Source of the DNA: Gemmatimonadales bacterium
GTDB lineage: Bacteria > Gemmatimonadota > Gemmatimonadetes > Gemmatimonadales > GWC2-71-9
Assembly: GCA_037189525.1 (NCBI GenBank)
Contig: JBBCJC010000001.1
Location: 841,750 to 905,749, forward strand
DNA: 64,000 nt
Direction: 5' to 3'
The notes beneath the pieces are model-generated. The model did not search any database. It saw only the letters and a program-made list of their open reading frames with translations, and was not told the DNA's origin. This document shows positions 1 through 10,182 of this stretch, one piece after another (the stretch's first letter is position 1; each line of letters opens with the position of its first letter). The position numbers and the translations under genes are program-made.

Positions 1-3000
1 GCCCGACGCCATGGCCCAGAGCTCCCAGTGATTGCCGATGCCCTGGATCTGCCCATGCGCACCGATCGCGACCCGCGCGCCGCCCTCGATCATTTTCTTC
101 GAGAACTCGGCGTGCCGCGAGAAGACATACTCGTCGGGGTGGAACCAACCGCCCTGCTGATAGTTGGTCCCGCCACGCCGCAGCGCGCGCTGCTGGATCT
201 GACCCTTCGGCATGAAGGTCGCCAGCTTCTTGTTGCCAATCACGTCTTCGTTCGTGTAGAAATACTCCTCACCAAACGGGCCGCCGTACGACACGAGGAG
301 CGTCGGCGCGTTGGTGGTCTGGCTCGCCTTGAAGAGTTCCACCACGTCTTCATAGATGGGCAGAATCGGCAAAGCGTGCTCGACGCCGGGGTAGCCGTCG
401 AGCGCGTGCGTGATATCGAGTTTATAGTCGAGCCCGCCCTCGGTGGTCGGCATGATACCGAATTCCTTGGCGGCCATGATGATCCATTGCCGCTGCTGGC
501 GGTTACCCGACATGTACATCTTGAGGGTCTGGGTGCCCCAGTAGTCGCTGTAGCGCTTGAGGACGCGCTTGGCGTCTTCGAGACTGTTCATCGGCTCGTT
601 ATTGGGGAGACCGACGCCGGGGCCGGTCGAAAAGATCCGGGGCCCGATCAGATCGCCCGTTTCGACCCGGTCCTGATAGCTCACGATGTCGCTGACCGCG
701 GTCTGCGGATCGCGCGTCGTGGTCACGCCGTACGCCAGGGTCGTGAGGTACTGCCAGACCTGGCCCGGGTGAATTTCAGGAATCAGCCACTGGGCATGGT
801 AGTGGACGTCGACCATACCCGGCATCACGGTCTTACCCGACACATCGATGATGCGCGCGCCCGACGGCACCGGTACGGAGCCCCGAGGTCCGACGGCAAC
901 AATGCGGTTGTTGCGCACCACAACATCGGCGTTCTCGATGATCTCCTTGCCCTTCATGGTGATGGCGCGGCCGCCGCGCAGCACGGCGGTCCCGGTCGGC
1001 AGATCACGCCGAACCTCGACCTTGATCCGCAGTTCGTCCGGCCGGTAACCGGGTTTGACCGGAGGCGTCTTGGCCTTGGTGGTATCCTTGGCTGCCGCCG
1101 AGTCCTGAGCCGGCGGTTTGGGCTTGGTGGTATCGGCCGCGGCCTTCCGGACACTGTCGACCTTGGCGCGCTCGACCGCCTTGAGGCTGTCGGTCACGAC
1201 TTTGGCGCGATCCAGGTTATAGCTGAAGAGCGCATTGCCGAGCGTGAAATAGACGGTCCGACCGTCGGCCGACCAGGAGGGGGATTCGCCACCGATATCC
1301 GACAACTTCTTGGTGGGCACCGAACCGCCCATCGCGACGTTGACCGTCGGCACCGCGCCGCCCACGACGGGTACGACCGCGTGGTACACATCGGTGTTGA
1401 TCTGCGCAATCGCCTCGCCGCCCGTAGGCGACATCAGCACCACACCGGCCGGCGTCGGCGTCGGATTGGGCTCCGTGGGCCCGTCCAGATGCGTCCCGCC
1501 CTTGTTGGAGACGTTGAGCACATCCGCGGCAAGCGGCGTCACCCGGCGCGGCAGGAAGGTCGGACTTTCATGCCCTGCATCGAAGGCGCTCGCATAAAAC
1601 GGCATCGGCCCGACGATACGAACGTGCTGCTTGACGTCGGTACCGTCCCAACGGAACGAGACCAGTCCCTCGAACGGATGCGACGCATAGATCCGATCGG
1701 GCTGGCTGCGCACGAAATGGGCAACGTCCCGGCCCGCCGTCGGCGCGATAACCGTGACGTCACCTCCCGCCGTCGGGACCCAGACGAAATCGCCGCCCAG
1801 GACCCCGCCGCCATGTCCGGTCGCATCGATCAGGTCGCGCGCCGCCTGGCGGGTCGCCACGATTCGGCTGCCGTCCGGCGAAAAGACGGGGTTGGTATAG
1901 AGCGCCGACACCCGGGTCGCCGCAACCGGCCGGGCATTCCGCGCGCCGAGGGCGAGCATCATGATCTGCCCACCTGCCGCATCGCCCCAGGTAATCCAGG
2001 CCAGCGTCTTGCCGTCGGCCGACCAGGTCGGCTGGAACTCACCGACGTCGGCCGCACTGACGCGACGGGGCGTGCCGTTGGGCAGATCCATCAGGTAGAG
2101 ACGGCTCAAGGCCACGAACGCCAGCTGCTTCCCGTCTGGCGACACAGCCGGATTCCGGATCTGCCGTGCCGTGAAGGTCGCCGTCGTGTCCATCCGATAG
2201 ACGAACTTCACTTCGGGACCGACATCGAGCTTCACATCGGCGCTGAAGGGGATCTTGGACGGCCCGCTCTTGTCGACCGGCACCCGCCAGATCTCGCCGC
2301 CGTAGGAAATCACCACGGCCCGCGAGTCGGGCGTAAAGGCATAACCGGGCAGCGCATCGAGCGTGGCCCGCGCCTCCATGTCATCGCGCTGAATCGGATA
2401 GACCAGCCAGTCTTCGTCGCCGGTGGCCAGATTGCGGAGCCGGAGCCCGGTCTGGGTCTCGTGACGCGAGGCATAGGTCAGCCACTTGCCGTCGGGTGAC
2501 ACCTGCGGACGTACCGCCGAGCCGTAACGACCGCTCATCGGGTTCAGGGTGCCGTCGTCCCGATCGTAGTAGCCGATCTGATACTGCGGGAAGATGGCGT
2601 TATAGTGCCAGTCGCCGCTGCGCGCCGCAAACCAGACCCGGCGGCCATCGGGCGCGAACGAGGCGCCGATGGTTTTGAGCTGGGCATTCTGCGGCGTGGG
2701 CGGAATGAGGGGCAAGCCGGCGCCCCCGTCGACGTGGAAGAGCATCAACTTGGCCGTGGGGAAGGTGCCGCTACCACGGCTCACCGCCACGTACTTACCG
2801 TCGGGCGAGAACGTCGGGGAGATGTACTGGAAGTTGTTCCCCTGGGTCAGTTGGGTAGTGTCCTTCTTGTCGAGGGAGATGATCCAGACGTTGTCGCCCC
2901 CGCTCCGATCGGACGTGAACACCACTTTCTTCCCGTCCGGGCTGAAACGCGGTTGCGCATCGTACGCCAGCCCGGTCGTGAGCGGGGTCGCCTTACCGCC

Positions 3001-3240
3001 ATCGATCGGCATGGTATAGAGGTCGCCCAGCAGATCGAAGACGATGGTCCGACCGTCCGGACTCACGTCGAGCGACATCCAGGTGCCGCGCGTCGCCGTG
3101 AACTCGGCTTTGCGGGCTGCGTCGAGCGGCAGCGGTTTGGCCGGCGGCCCGCCCGGGGCGCCGGGGGCCTGGGCCGAGAGGGTCGGCGCGGTTCCGACCA
3201 ACGCGGCAAGCGCCGCGGCAACTACGATCGATTTCGTCAT
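1..3240 (-). CDS. Secreted amidohydrolase with N-terminal TolB-like/PD40 beta-propeller (3'-truncated by window edge)
   Basis: Missing from the ORF track because no stop lies in the window. Manual minus-strand translation from ATG at 3240 gives MTKSIVVAAALAALVGTAPTLSAQ... GTWMSLDVSPDGRTIVFDLLGDLY, metal motif DVHYH, and ends AHGQIQGIGNHWELWAMASG at base 1. Collinear with the 3249..6644 protein. Confidence 0.9.
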   Translation of the reverse strand, partial: MTKSIVVAAALAALVGTAPTLSAQAPGAPGGPPAKPLPLDAARKAEFTATRGTWMSLDVSPDGRTIVFDLLGDLYTMPIDGGKATPLTTGLAYDAQPRFSPDGKKVVFTSDRSGGDNVWIISLDKKDTTQLTQGNNFQYISPTFSPDGKYVAVSRGSGTFPTAKLMLFHVDGGAGLPLIPPTPQNAQLKTIGASFAPDGRRVWFAARSGDWHYNAIFPQYQIGYYDRDDGTLNPMSGRYGSAVRPQVSPDGKWLTYASRHETQTGLRLRNLATGDEDWLVYPIQRDDMEARATLDALPGYAFTPDSRAVVISYGGEIWRVPVDKSGPSKIPFSADVKLDVGPEVKFVYRMDTTATFTARQIRNPAVSPDGKQLAFVALSRLYLMDLPNGTPRRVSAADVGEFQPTWSADGKTLAWITWGDAAGGQIMMLALGARNARPVAATRVSALYTNPVFSPDGSRIVATRQAARDLIDATGHGGGVLGGDFVWVPTAGGDVTVIAPTAGRDVAHFVRSQPDRIYASHPFEGLVSFRWDGTDVKQHVRIVGPMPFYASAFDAGHESPTFLPRRVTPLAADVLNVSNKGGTHLDGPTEPNPTPTPAGVVLMSPTGGEAIAQINTDVYHAVVPVVGGAVPTVNVAMGGSVPTKKLSDIGGESPSWSADGRTVYFTLGNALFSYNLDRAKVVTDSLKAVERAKVDSVRKAAADTTKPKPPAQDSAAAKDTTKAKTPPVKPGYRPDELRIKVEVRRDLPTGTAVLRGGRAITMKGKEIIENADVVVRNNRIVAVGPRGSVPVPSGARIIDVSGKTVMPGMVDVHYHAQWLIPEIHPGQVWQYLTTLAYGVTTTRDPQTAVSDIVSYQDRVETGDLIGPRIFSTGPGVGLPNNEPMNSLEDAKRVLKRYSDYWGTQTLKMYMSGNRQQRQWIIMAAKEFGIMPTTEGGLDYKLDITHALDGYPGVEHALPILPIYEDVVELFKASQTTNAPTLLVSYGGPFGEEYFYTNEDVIGNKKLATFMPKGQIQQRALRRGGTNYQQGGWFHPDEYVFSRHAEFSKKMIEGGARVAIGAHGQIQGIGNHWELWAMASG

Positions 3241-3248
3241 GGCCCGCC

Positions 3249-6200
3249 TCACCGGATTCCCGACGTCACGGCCGGAGCCGTCCGTCGCCACGGTTCATCT
3301 GCCGCCGCCTGCTGACGAGGCCAGATCTCATTCATCGTGTCACCCTCATAGAGCCGTCCATTCTTCATCACGAATCGGACGGAGTTGCTGTTACGAATGT
3401 CGTCGAGCGGGTTCCGGTCGAGCACCACGAGGTCGGCCAGCTTGCCGGCCTCGATCGAGCCGAGATCGCGCCCCAATCCGATGGCGCGAGCCCCGCAGAT
3501 GGTGGCAATCCGGAGCGCATCATGATTCTTCATGCCGCCGCTCTGCACTGCCCACAGTTCCCAGTGATATCCCAGGCCCTGCAACTGTCCGTGGCTGCCG
3601 ACCCCGCTGCAGCCTCCCGCCTCGATCAGGCGTTTGCCGAACTCGGCGTGCTTGCGGAACATGTACTCCGACTCGTGCGCCCAGCCGGTCGGCCCGGGGC
3701 CCGGGTTCCGGCGACGGATCTTGGCATCCAGTTCCTCGGGCGGCGTAAAGTGGCGCAGCTTCCGATCGCCCATGGTGTTTTCCCGGGTGTAGAAGTAATT
3801 CTCCGCCCAGGGGCCGCCGTAGGTTACCAGCAGCGTCGGGCTGTTGACCGTGCCCGATGCCTTGAACAGCTGGATCACGTCGTCATAGATCGGATAGATC
3901 GGCAAAGTGTGCTCGATGCCGGGATACCCGTCGATGGCGTGGGTCATGTTGAGCCCGAACTGCAGGCCGCCTTCCGTCGTCGGCATCAGCTTGAGTTCCT
4001 GCGACGCCATGATCAAATGCTGGCGTGCCTGCCGATTGCCGGCGATATACATCTTGAACGTCTTGGTATCCCAATACTCGCTGTACCGCTTGAGCACGTC
4101 GCGGGCCCGCTGCAACGAGGTAATCCGGTGAGCGCCGAAGACGCCGGGGCCGGTCGAGTACACCCGCGGACCGTTCATCAGACCGGCATCGACCCGGTCC
4201 TGGTAGCTCAGCACGTCCGTGGTGCTGGTCTGCGGATCGCGCGTCGTGGTGACCCCGTAGGCCAGGTTGATATCGTACTGCCAGTTCCGCTGCCAGTGGA
4301 TGCCCCACGCGGGCCACATGTGGGCGTGGGTATCGACGAATCCGGGGATGATCGTCTTGCCGCTGACGTCGACGACCCGCGCATCGGCCGGCGCGCTTCC
4401 CGCAGGACCGACACTGACGATCCGGTTGTTGCGGACGACCACGTCGCCGCGCTCGATGATCTCGTCGCCCCGCATGGTGACGACACGCCCGCCGCGCAGA
4501 ACGACCGTGCCCTGCGGAACGTCGCGATCGACGCTGACCCGAATCCGCCGCTCGACGGGACGATACTGATGCTGGAACCGGATCGTGGTGTCCGCTCCGG
4601 CCGCAATCAGACTGTCGTCGACCGCGAGTCCGCGCTGCACGTCGTAGGAGACGAACGCGTTGCCGATCGACCAGTGTACCGTCCGTCCATCGGCGCTCCA
4701 GACGGGGAATTCACCGCCGATGTCCGTCAGGCGGAGGATCCGCACCGCCGCGCTGTCCGGCTTGGCGACCGACACCGTCGGAACCACGCCGCCGATCTGC
4801 GGCACCCGGATCAGGTAGACATCCTGGCCGAACGCAGCGAGCGCGAGGTCGCCGCGCGGCGCCATCAGAATCGCATCGGCACGCGGTCCGACGACGGTCG
4901 GTTCCCGCGCATCGGCGAAGTTGGGCGGCAGGACATGACTGTGTTCATCGCGCGGCGCAAACGGGGCCTGGTACTCCGGACCGTTCCCGGGCGAGACGAA
5001 GCCGACCGGCAGCGGTCCGGTTGCCTGGAGGTGCTGCCGGAGATCGGTGCCATCCCAGCGCATCGACGAGAGCGCGGCCGTGAACGACACCGGCGGCTGG
5101 CCGGGAGGCGGCGGGAAGAACCCGTAGAGATAGATGCGGCCGGTATCGGCCGTGAAATGCGGCAGTCGAAGATTGCCATTGGTCGACCGGATCACGGTGG
5201 CTTCACCGCCGGACGCTGGAACCCAGACGAACTCCGCGCCGAGCCCGTCACCGACGGACGGGCCGACCTGTTCGACGAGATTCCGGCGCTCGGCGCGGAC
5301 GGCCACGACCCGGCGGCCATCCGGCGAAAAGGCTGGCGTTTGCCAGTACGCGCTCTCGGCATTGAGCCGAGTCGGCTGACCACCGGCCAGATCGAGACGC
5401 ATCAGGGCGCCGTCGCGACCGTCCCAGGTCACATACGCGAGCGCGCTGCCGTCCGGCGACCAGGCCGGGTAGTACTCGCCGACATCGCTGGTGGTCACCC
5501 GGCGCGGCGTGCCGTCCGGCAGGTCCGCGACATAAAGACGGTCAAGCGCGGTGAACGCCACGCGCCGGCCATCGGGCGACGGCACCGCGTTCCGGATCTG
5601 GCGCACCGTGAACGTCGGGGTGTCCTCGATCGGATACTCGAACGCCACCTGCGGACCGATCGCCACTTCGGCATCGACGCTGAACGGAATCTTGGCCGGC
5701 GCGGTGCCGTCGACCGGCACGCGCCAGATCTCGCCGCCGTACGAGAGCACCACGGCGCGGGAATCCGGGGTGAAGGCGTAACCAGGCAGCGCGTCGTGAT
5801 CGGGAATCGCTTCGATGTTGTCGCGCTGAATCGGGAAGGCCAGCCAGCGTTCGACGCCGGTAGCCAGTTCGCGAATCCGGAGCCCGGTCTGCTGCCCGTC
5901 GCGGCTGCCATAGGTCAGCCACTTCCCGTCGGGCGACACGGCGGGACGAATAGCCGAGCCGAGCCGGCTCGACAGCGTCGTGGTGGTGCCCGCCTGGCGA
6001 TCGTAGACGCCGATCTGGAACTGCGGCATGGCGGCGTTGTACTGCCAGATCCCCTGACGCGCGGCGTAATAGATGTAGCGGCCATCGGGCGACGGCGCTG
6101 CACCGAAATACGCCAGCGGGCCTGGCGCGCGGGTCAGCTGCAATCCGGAGCCGCCCGACACATCATATAGATGGAGCTTGGGCGTCCCGAAGTTCGTGGT

Positions 6201-6644
6201 CGACGAGGAGGCCACGATGTACTGCCCGCCGGGCAACCAGGCCGGCGAAAGGTGCCAGCCGTTGTTGCCGTAGGTCAGGCGCCGGATCCCGGACCCGTCG
6301 GCATTGGCGATATAGACGTTGTCGCCGCCGCTCCGATCGGAGACGAACACCAGCTTGGAGCCGTCGGGACTCCAGCGGGGCTGCGCGTCGTACGCGAGTC
6401 CGCTGGTCAGGCGCGTGGCTTTGCCGCCGGTGATCGGGATGGTGTACAGGTCACCGAGCAGATCGAAGACGATCCGACGGCCATCCGGACTCACATCGAG
6501 CGAAATCCAGGTCCCCTGTGTCGTAGTGAATCGGGCGACACGTGCCGACTTGAGCGGCAGACTGTCCGACCGATCCTGGGCCATTGCCGCGTGGCTTGAC
6601 GCAAGACCGCCAAGCACGAGCAACGCCATGCGAAGACGTTTCAT
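3249..6644 (-). CDS. Secreted amidohydrolase with TolB-like/PD40 beta-propeller, 1131 aa
   Basis: Signal peptide, repeated (W/F)SPDG motifs, PGFVDTHAH metal motif, C-terminal LGSIEAGKLADLVVLDRNPL. Confidence 0.92.
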   Translation of the reverse strand: MKRLRMALLVLGGLASSHAAMAQDRSDSLPLKSARVARFTTTQGTWISLDVSPDGRRIVFDLLGDLYTIPITGGKATRLTSGLAYDAQPRWSPDGSKLVFVSDRSGGDNVYIANADGSGIRRLTYGNNGWHLSPAWLPGGQYIVASSSTTNFGTPKLHLYDVSGGSGLQLTRAPGPLAYFGAAPSPDGRYIYYAARQGIWQYNAAMPQFQIGVYDRQAGTTTTLSSRLGSAIRPAVSPDGKWLTYGSRDGQQTGLRIRELATGVERWLAFPIQRDNIEAIPDHDALPGYAFTPDSRAVVLSYGGEIWRVPVDGTAPAKIPFSVDAEVAIGPQVAFEYPIEDTPTFTVRQIRNAVPSPDGRRVAFTALDRLYVADLPDGTPRRVTTSDVGEYYPAWSPDGSALAYVTWDGRDGALMRLDLAGGQPTRLNAESAYWQTPAFSPDGRRVVAVRAERRNLVEQVGPSVGDGLGAEFVWVPASGGEATVIRSTNGNLRLPHFTADTGRIYLYGFFPPPPGQPPVSFTAALSSMRWDGTDLRQHLQATGPLPVGFVSPGNGPEYQAPFAPRDEHSHVLPPNFADAREPTVVGPRADAILMAPRGDLALAAFGQDVYLIRVPQIGGVVPTVSVAKPDSAAVRILRLTDIGGEFPVWSADGRTVHWSIGNAFVSYDVQRGLAVDDSLIAAGADTTIRFQHQYRPVERRIRVSVDRDVPQGTVVLRGGRVVTMRGDEIIERGDVVVRNNRIVSVGPAGSAPADARVVDVSGKTIIPGFVDTHAHMWPAWGIHWQRNWQYDINLAYGVTTTRDPQTSTTDVLSYQDRVDAGLMNGPRVYSTGPGVFGAHRITSLQRARDVLKRYSEYWDTKTFKMYIAGNRQARQHLIMASQELKLMPTTEGGLQFGLNMTHAIDGYPGIEHTLPIYPIYDDVIQLFKASGTVNSPTLLVTYGGPWAENYFYTRENTMGDRKLRHFTPPEELDAKIRRRNPGPGPTGWAHESEYMFRKHAEFGKRLIEAGGCSGVGSHGQLQGLGYHWELWAVQSGGMKNHDALRIATICGARAIGLGRDLGSIEAGKLADLVVLDRNPLDDIRNSNSVRFVMKNGRLYEGDTMNEIWPRQQAAADEPWRRTAPAVTSGIR

Positions 6645-6883
6645 CCAAGCAACTCCCTGATCCGAGTGTCGAGCGAATCGAAGACTCTGAGGAATCTACG
6701 AGCCCGGCGGCGTCCGTGTTCCAGGAACGCCGGCGAGGCGTGAAAGGTAACTCCCGACCGACACCTGGAGGGTTTGCGGGCGCGACGGGTACCGTTCCTG
6801 TGCGGATCAGGCCAGATTTTGCGTCACCAACCTATGGTTGGCCATCGGGCCTACGCAGTTAGACCGGTACCCAAGGAGTCACC

Positions 6884-7204
6884 ATGGCGAGATCGACGCT
6901 CGGCAGTGCTGCTCGGAACGCGATCAAGAAGATCAAGAAGGCAGCTTCGAAGGTCGAGAAGAAGGTGCAGGGCGAGATTCGGAAGCGGAAGATCAAGCGG
7001 GGCCTCAAGACGGCGGCCAAGGGTGCGGCAGCCGTGGGCGCGGGCGCGCTAGCCGCCGTGGCGGCGACGAAGGGTGTCCGTACGCTGCGTGCACGCGCAG
7101 CCGCAAAGGCCAAGACCGTCAAGGCCAAGGCGGCGAGCGGGACCAAGCGTGCCAAGAAGGCCGTGAAGCGGACCGTGCGGAAGGCCAAGCGCGCCGCTCG
7201 CTAG
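6884..7204 (+). CDS. Small Lys/Ala/Arg-rich histone H1-like protein, 106 aa
   Basis: AAGGAG RBS just upstream. About 36 K+R against 2 acidic residues. High-GC3 codons (AAG, GCC). Confidence 0.75.
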   Translation: MARSTLGSAARNAIKKIKKAASKVEKKVQGEIRKRKIKRGLKTAAKGAAAVGAGALAAVAATKGVRTLRARAAAKAKTVKAKAASGTKRAKKAVKRTVRKAKRAAR

Positions 7205-7219
7205 TTGAACGGGTTGGTT

Positions 7220-7275
7220 CCGAGCGCCCCTCCGGCCGGCACTCCGCAAGGTGCGCCGAGCCTGTGGGGCGTTCG
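7220..7275 (+). terminator. GC-rich stem-loop after the basic protein gene
   Basis: GAGCGCCCC...GGGGCGTTC outer stem with an inner GCAA-capped hairpin. No clear U-tract. Confidence 0.3.
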
Positions 7276-7303
7276 CCGTCTTCGATTGCTCGAGGAGAAT
7301 TCC

Positions 7304-8272
7304 ATGCGTTCCGCTCTGCTGGTTGCCGTGCTGGTCGCGGCCGGTGGCGCCCCGGTGTCGGTCAGCGCGCAGGTCACCGAGCCGCCCGTCGAAGCCATGT
7401 CGCTGCTCGGAAAGCCGCTGCGGCGGCCGGCGCTCTCGCCCAATGTCGAGGCCGTCTACGAAAAGAACCTCGCGTCCGCGCGAGCGGCCTGGGAGCGCAC
7501 CCCGGAAAACGCCGACTCGATTATCTGGCTCGGCAGGCGCCTGGGCTATCTGGGCCGCCACGCCGAAGCGATCGAAGTGTTTTCGCGGGGCATCGCGCTG
7601 CACCCGAAAGATGCGCGGCTCTATCGCCACCGGGGCCATCGCTTCATCACCATCCGGCGGTTCGATGCAGCCATCCAGGACCTCAATCAGGCCTACGCGC
7701 TGGTACGCGGGCGACCGGATGAGGTCGAACCGGACGGAATTCCGAACCCGCGTGGCATCCCGATCAGCACGCTCAACACCAACATCCGTTACCACCTCGG
7801 CCTGGCGCACTACCTCAAGGGCGACTTTGCCAAAGCGCTGCCGTTCTATCAGGAGGACGTGGCCGCGGCCGTCAATCCCGACATGGTGGTGGCCACCAGC
7901 CACTGGCTCTACATGACGCTGCGCCGGCTTGGCAGGCCGGCCGAGGCCGCCAAAGTGCTCGAGCCGATTGGGGCGGACATGGACATCATCGAGAACGGGG
8001 CGTATCATCGCCTGTTGCTCCTGTACAAGGGCCAGCTGCCCGTCGACTCGCTGCAGGGCCCATCCGGCACGCGCGATGCGGTCCAGGATGCCGGCATTGG
8101 ATACGGCATCGGCAACTGGCATCTCTATAACGGACGTCGGGCCGAAGCGCGCCGAGTCTTCGAACAGGTCCTCGCGACGCCGCAGTGGGGCGCCTTCGGA
8201 TACATCGCAGCAGAAGCGGAGCTGGCCCGCGCCAGTGGCCGACGCGGGAGCGCCAACGATCGCGGCAACTAA
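7304..8272 (+). CDS. Secreted tetratricopeptide-repeat protein
   Basis: GAGGAG RBS, then MRSALLVAVLVAAG signal peptide. TPR-like motifs (WLGRRLGYLGRHAEAIEVFSRG, YHLGLAHYLKGDFAKAL). Confidence 0.85.
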   Translation: MRSALLVAVLVAAGGAPVSVSAQVTEPPVEAMSLLGKPLRRPALSPNVEAVYEKNLASARAAWERTPENADSIIWLGRRLGYLGRHAEAIEVFSRGIALHPKDARLYRHRGHRFITIRRFDAAIQDLNQAYALVRGRPDEVEPDGIPNPRGIPISTLNTNIRYHLGLAHYLKGDFAKALPFYQEDVAAAVNPDMVVATSHWLYMTLRRLGRPAEAAKVLEPIGADMDIIENGAYHRLLLLYKGQLPVDSLQGPSGTRDAVQDAGIGYGIGNWHLYNGRRAEARRVFEQVLATPQWGAFGYIAAEAELARASGRRGSANDRGN

Positions 8273-8319
8273 CCCGTCGTCGAGTCCGCCCAGGTAGCGG
8301 CTCGTGCACTGGAGGCTCG

Positions 8320-9516
8320 ATGCAGTCCTCCCGTCCTGGTCCGCAGGCGGCCGCGCTTGCGGCAACATTCTGGATCGTCGGTTGTGGGTCGCGACCCGAC
8401 AGCCGCACGGTCGTGATCGACACCTTGCCGTCGGGAGTCGTCCAGGTCGTCAACAGCGAACCCGGCCAACGGGCGGAGTGGACTCTGTCAGCTCCGACAC
8501 GGTTTGGCGATGGCGACGGCACTCCGGGTGAATTGATCCAGCCGAGCATCGTTCGGACCGATGCATGGGGACGGGTCTACATCGTCGACCGGCAGCCGAC
8601 GACGCTCAAAGTGTTCGACAGCCAAGGAAACTTCCTCCGAACCATCGGACGGGCCGGCGGCGGCCCCGGCGAGTATCAGGTGGTATTTCCCGCGATTGCC
8701 GGCGGACGGCTGATCGTGCATGACCCGCAGCAGCAGCGCACTTCGGTTTTCGATACCAGTGGCGCCTATCTCAGCAGCTGGCCCTCGGCCTGTTGCCACT
8801 GGAGTCACATTGCCGTCGACAGCGCCGGGCGGATCTACGTACCGCTCAATGTGCTCCCCGCCACGCCGGATGCCCCGGCGGATGTCGCCTTTACCCGCTT
8901 CCGGTTCGACGGAACCCTGGTCGACACTGTGCGCTTGCCGGGTATGCCGCTGGCACGGTGGGAATTTCGCTGGTCGCGCGGCGGACGAAGCGGAATGACG
9001 GCGGGGACGGTACCGTTCGCTGCGCGCCAGTACCACGCGGTGCATCCCGAGGGCGGCTTCGTGATCGGTTGGAGCAGTAACGGACGGCTGGCGCGCACCC
9101 GCTCGGGCTCCGACACCATATGGGTCAGTGAGTGGCCCGTGGCGACGCGGCCGCTGCCCGACTCATTGCGGCAAGCGGAGACCAACCAGTTCCTTACGAC
9201 GATGACGCAGCTGGTGGGTGAAGCCCAGGCTCGATCGGTCATTTCGATCAACGACGTGCCCACGATCGCTCCGCTCTTCACCGCCATTACCGTCGACCCG
9301 CTCGGCTATATCTGGACCCGGCGACCGCCGCTTCCGGGAGACAGCACGACCGTGTTCGACACGTTCGACGCCGATGGCATCTGGCTCGGGAGCGTCACGG
9401 TGCCGGTTGTGATGATGAGTGAGGCGTCGGTCCATGTCAGCCGGGATGCCATTTTCGCGATCGTGGAAGACGAAGATGGGCGTCCGACAATCCTTCGGTA
9501 CTCCATTACCAGATGA
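8320..9516 (+). CDS. 6-bladed (NHL-like) beta-propeller lipoprotein
   Basis: GGAGG RBS, lipobox-like IVGC, motif VFDSQGNFLRTIGRAGGGPGEY, C-terminal EDEDGRPTILRY. Confidence 0.8.
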   Translation: MQSSRPGPQAAALAATFWIVGCGSRPDSRTVVIDTLPSGVVQVVNSEPGQRAEWTLSAPTRFGDGDGTPGELIQPSIVRTDAWGRVYIVDRQPTTLKVFDSQGNFLRTIGRAGGGPGEYQVVFPAIAGGRLIVHDPQQQRTSVFDTSGAYLSSWPSACCHWSHIAVDSAGRIYVPLNVLPATPDAPADVAFTRFRFDGTLVDTVRLPGMPLARWEFRWSRGGRSGMTAGTVPFAARQYHAVHPEGGFVIGWSSNGRLARTRSGSDTIWVSEWPVATRPLPDSLRQAETNQFLTTMTQLVGEAQARSVISINDVPTIAPLFTAITVDPLGYIWTRRPPLPGDSTTVFDTFDADGIWLGSVTVPVVMMSEASVHVSRDAIFAIVEDEDGRPTILRYSITR

Positions 9517-9534
9517 CTCGAGGCTCGTCAGACA

Positions 9535-10182
9535 ATGGATAGGGACTTCTGGCACCAGAAATGGGCCGACAACGACATCGGCTTTCATGAAGGACAACCG
9601 AACGCCCTGCTCGTGCGGCAGCTTCATCGCTTGGCGCTGGCACCCGGCGCGCGGCTGTTCGTGCCGCTGTGCGGTAAGTCGCAGGACATTCCCTGGCTCG
9701 TCGGCCAGGGCTTCCGGGTCATCGGCGCAGAACTGAGTCCGGTTGCCGTCGAACAGTTTTTCGCCGGACTGGGCGTCCAACCCGAGATTACGTTGGCGGG
9801 GCAGTTGGTGCGCTAACGAGCCGACGCCATCGACATTTTCTGTGGTGACATCTTCGAACTGACATCGGCAAGATTGGGCTTGGTCGACGCCATCTACGAT
9901 CGGGCGGCACTCGTCGCTCTGCCGCCGGAGATGCGCGGGCGGTATGCGAAGCGCCTGGTTGCCATTGCGGGCATCGTTCCGCAGCTGGTGATCAGTTTCG
10001 ACTATGAGCAGTCCGCCATGAACGGACCACCATTCGCGGTGTCCGGGCGCGAGATCGGCGAACTGTATCGCGAGACTCATCGGCCATACTTACTCGAACA
10101 GCGGGAGGTTGCCGGCGGCCTCAAGGGTCAATGCCCGGCGAGCGAGCAGGCCTGGCTGCTCGAGCCGTTGGCTTCGCGATGA
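9535..10182 (+). pseudogene. tpm: Thiopurine S-methyltransferase interrupted by an in-frame TAA at 9814-9816
   Basis: MDRDFWHQKW...IGFH, LFVPLCGKSQD, GAELSPVAVEQFF. After the stop, the same frame continues IDIFCGDIFEL...AIYDRAALVALPPEMR...GPPFAV. Confidence 0.85.

Noticed and set aside
28..6170. Long plus-strand ORFs (823, 236 and 882 aa)
   Set aside because: Antisense shadows of the minus-strand amidohydrolases, typical of high-GC DNA, with no recognisable domains
9814..9816. Possible stop-codon recoding (Sec/Pyl) in tpm
   Set aside because: Codon is TAA, not TGA or TAG. The position fits Tyr, and TAA terminates other genes in the window.
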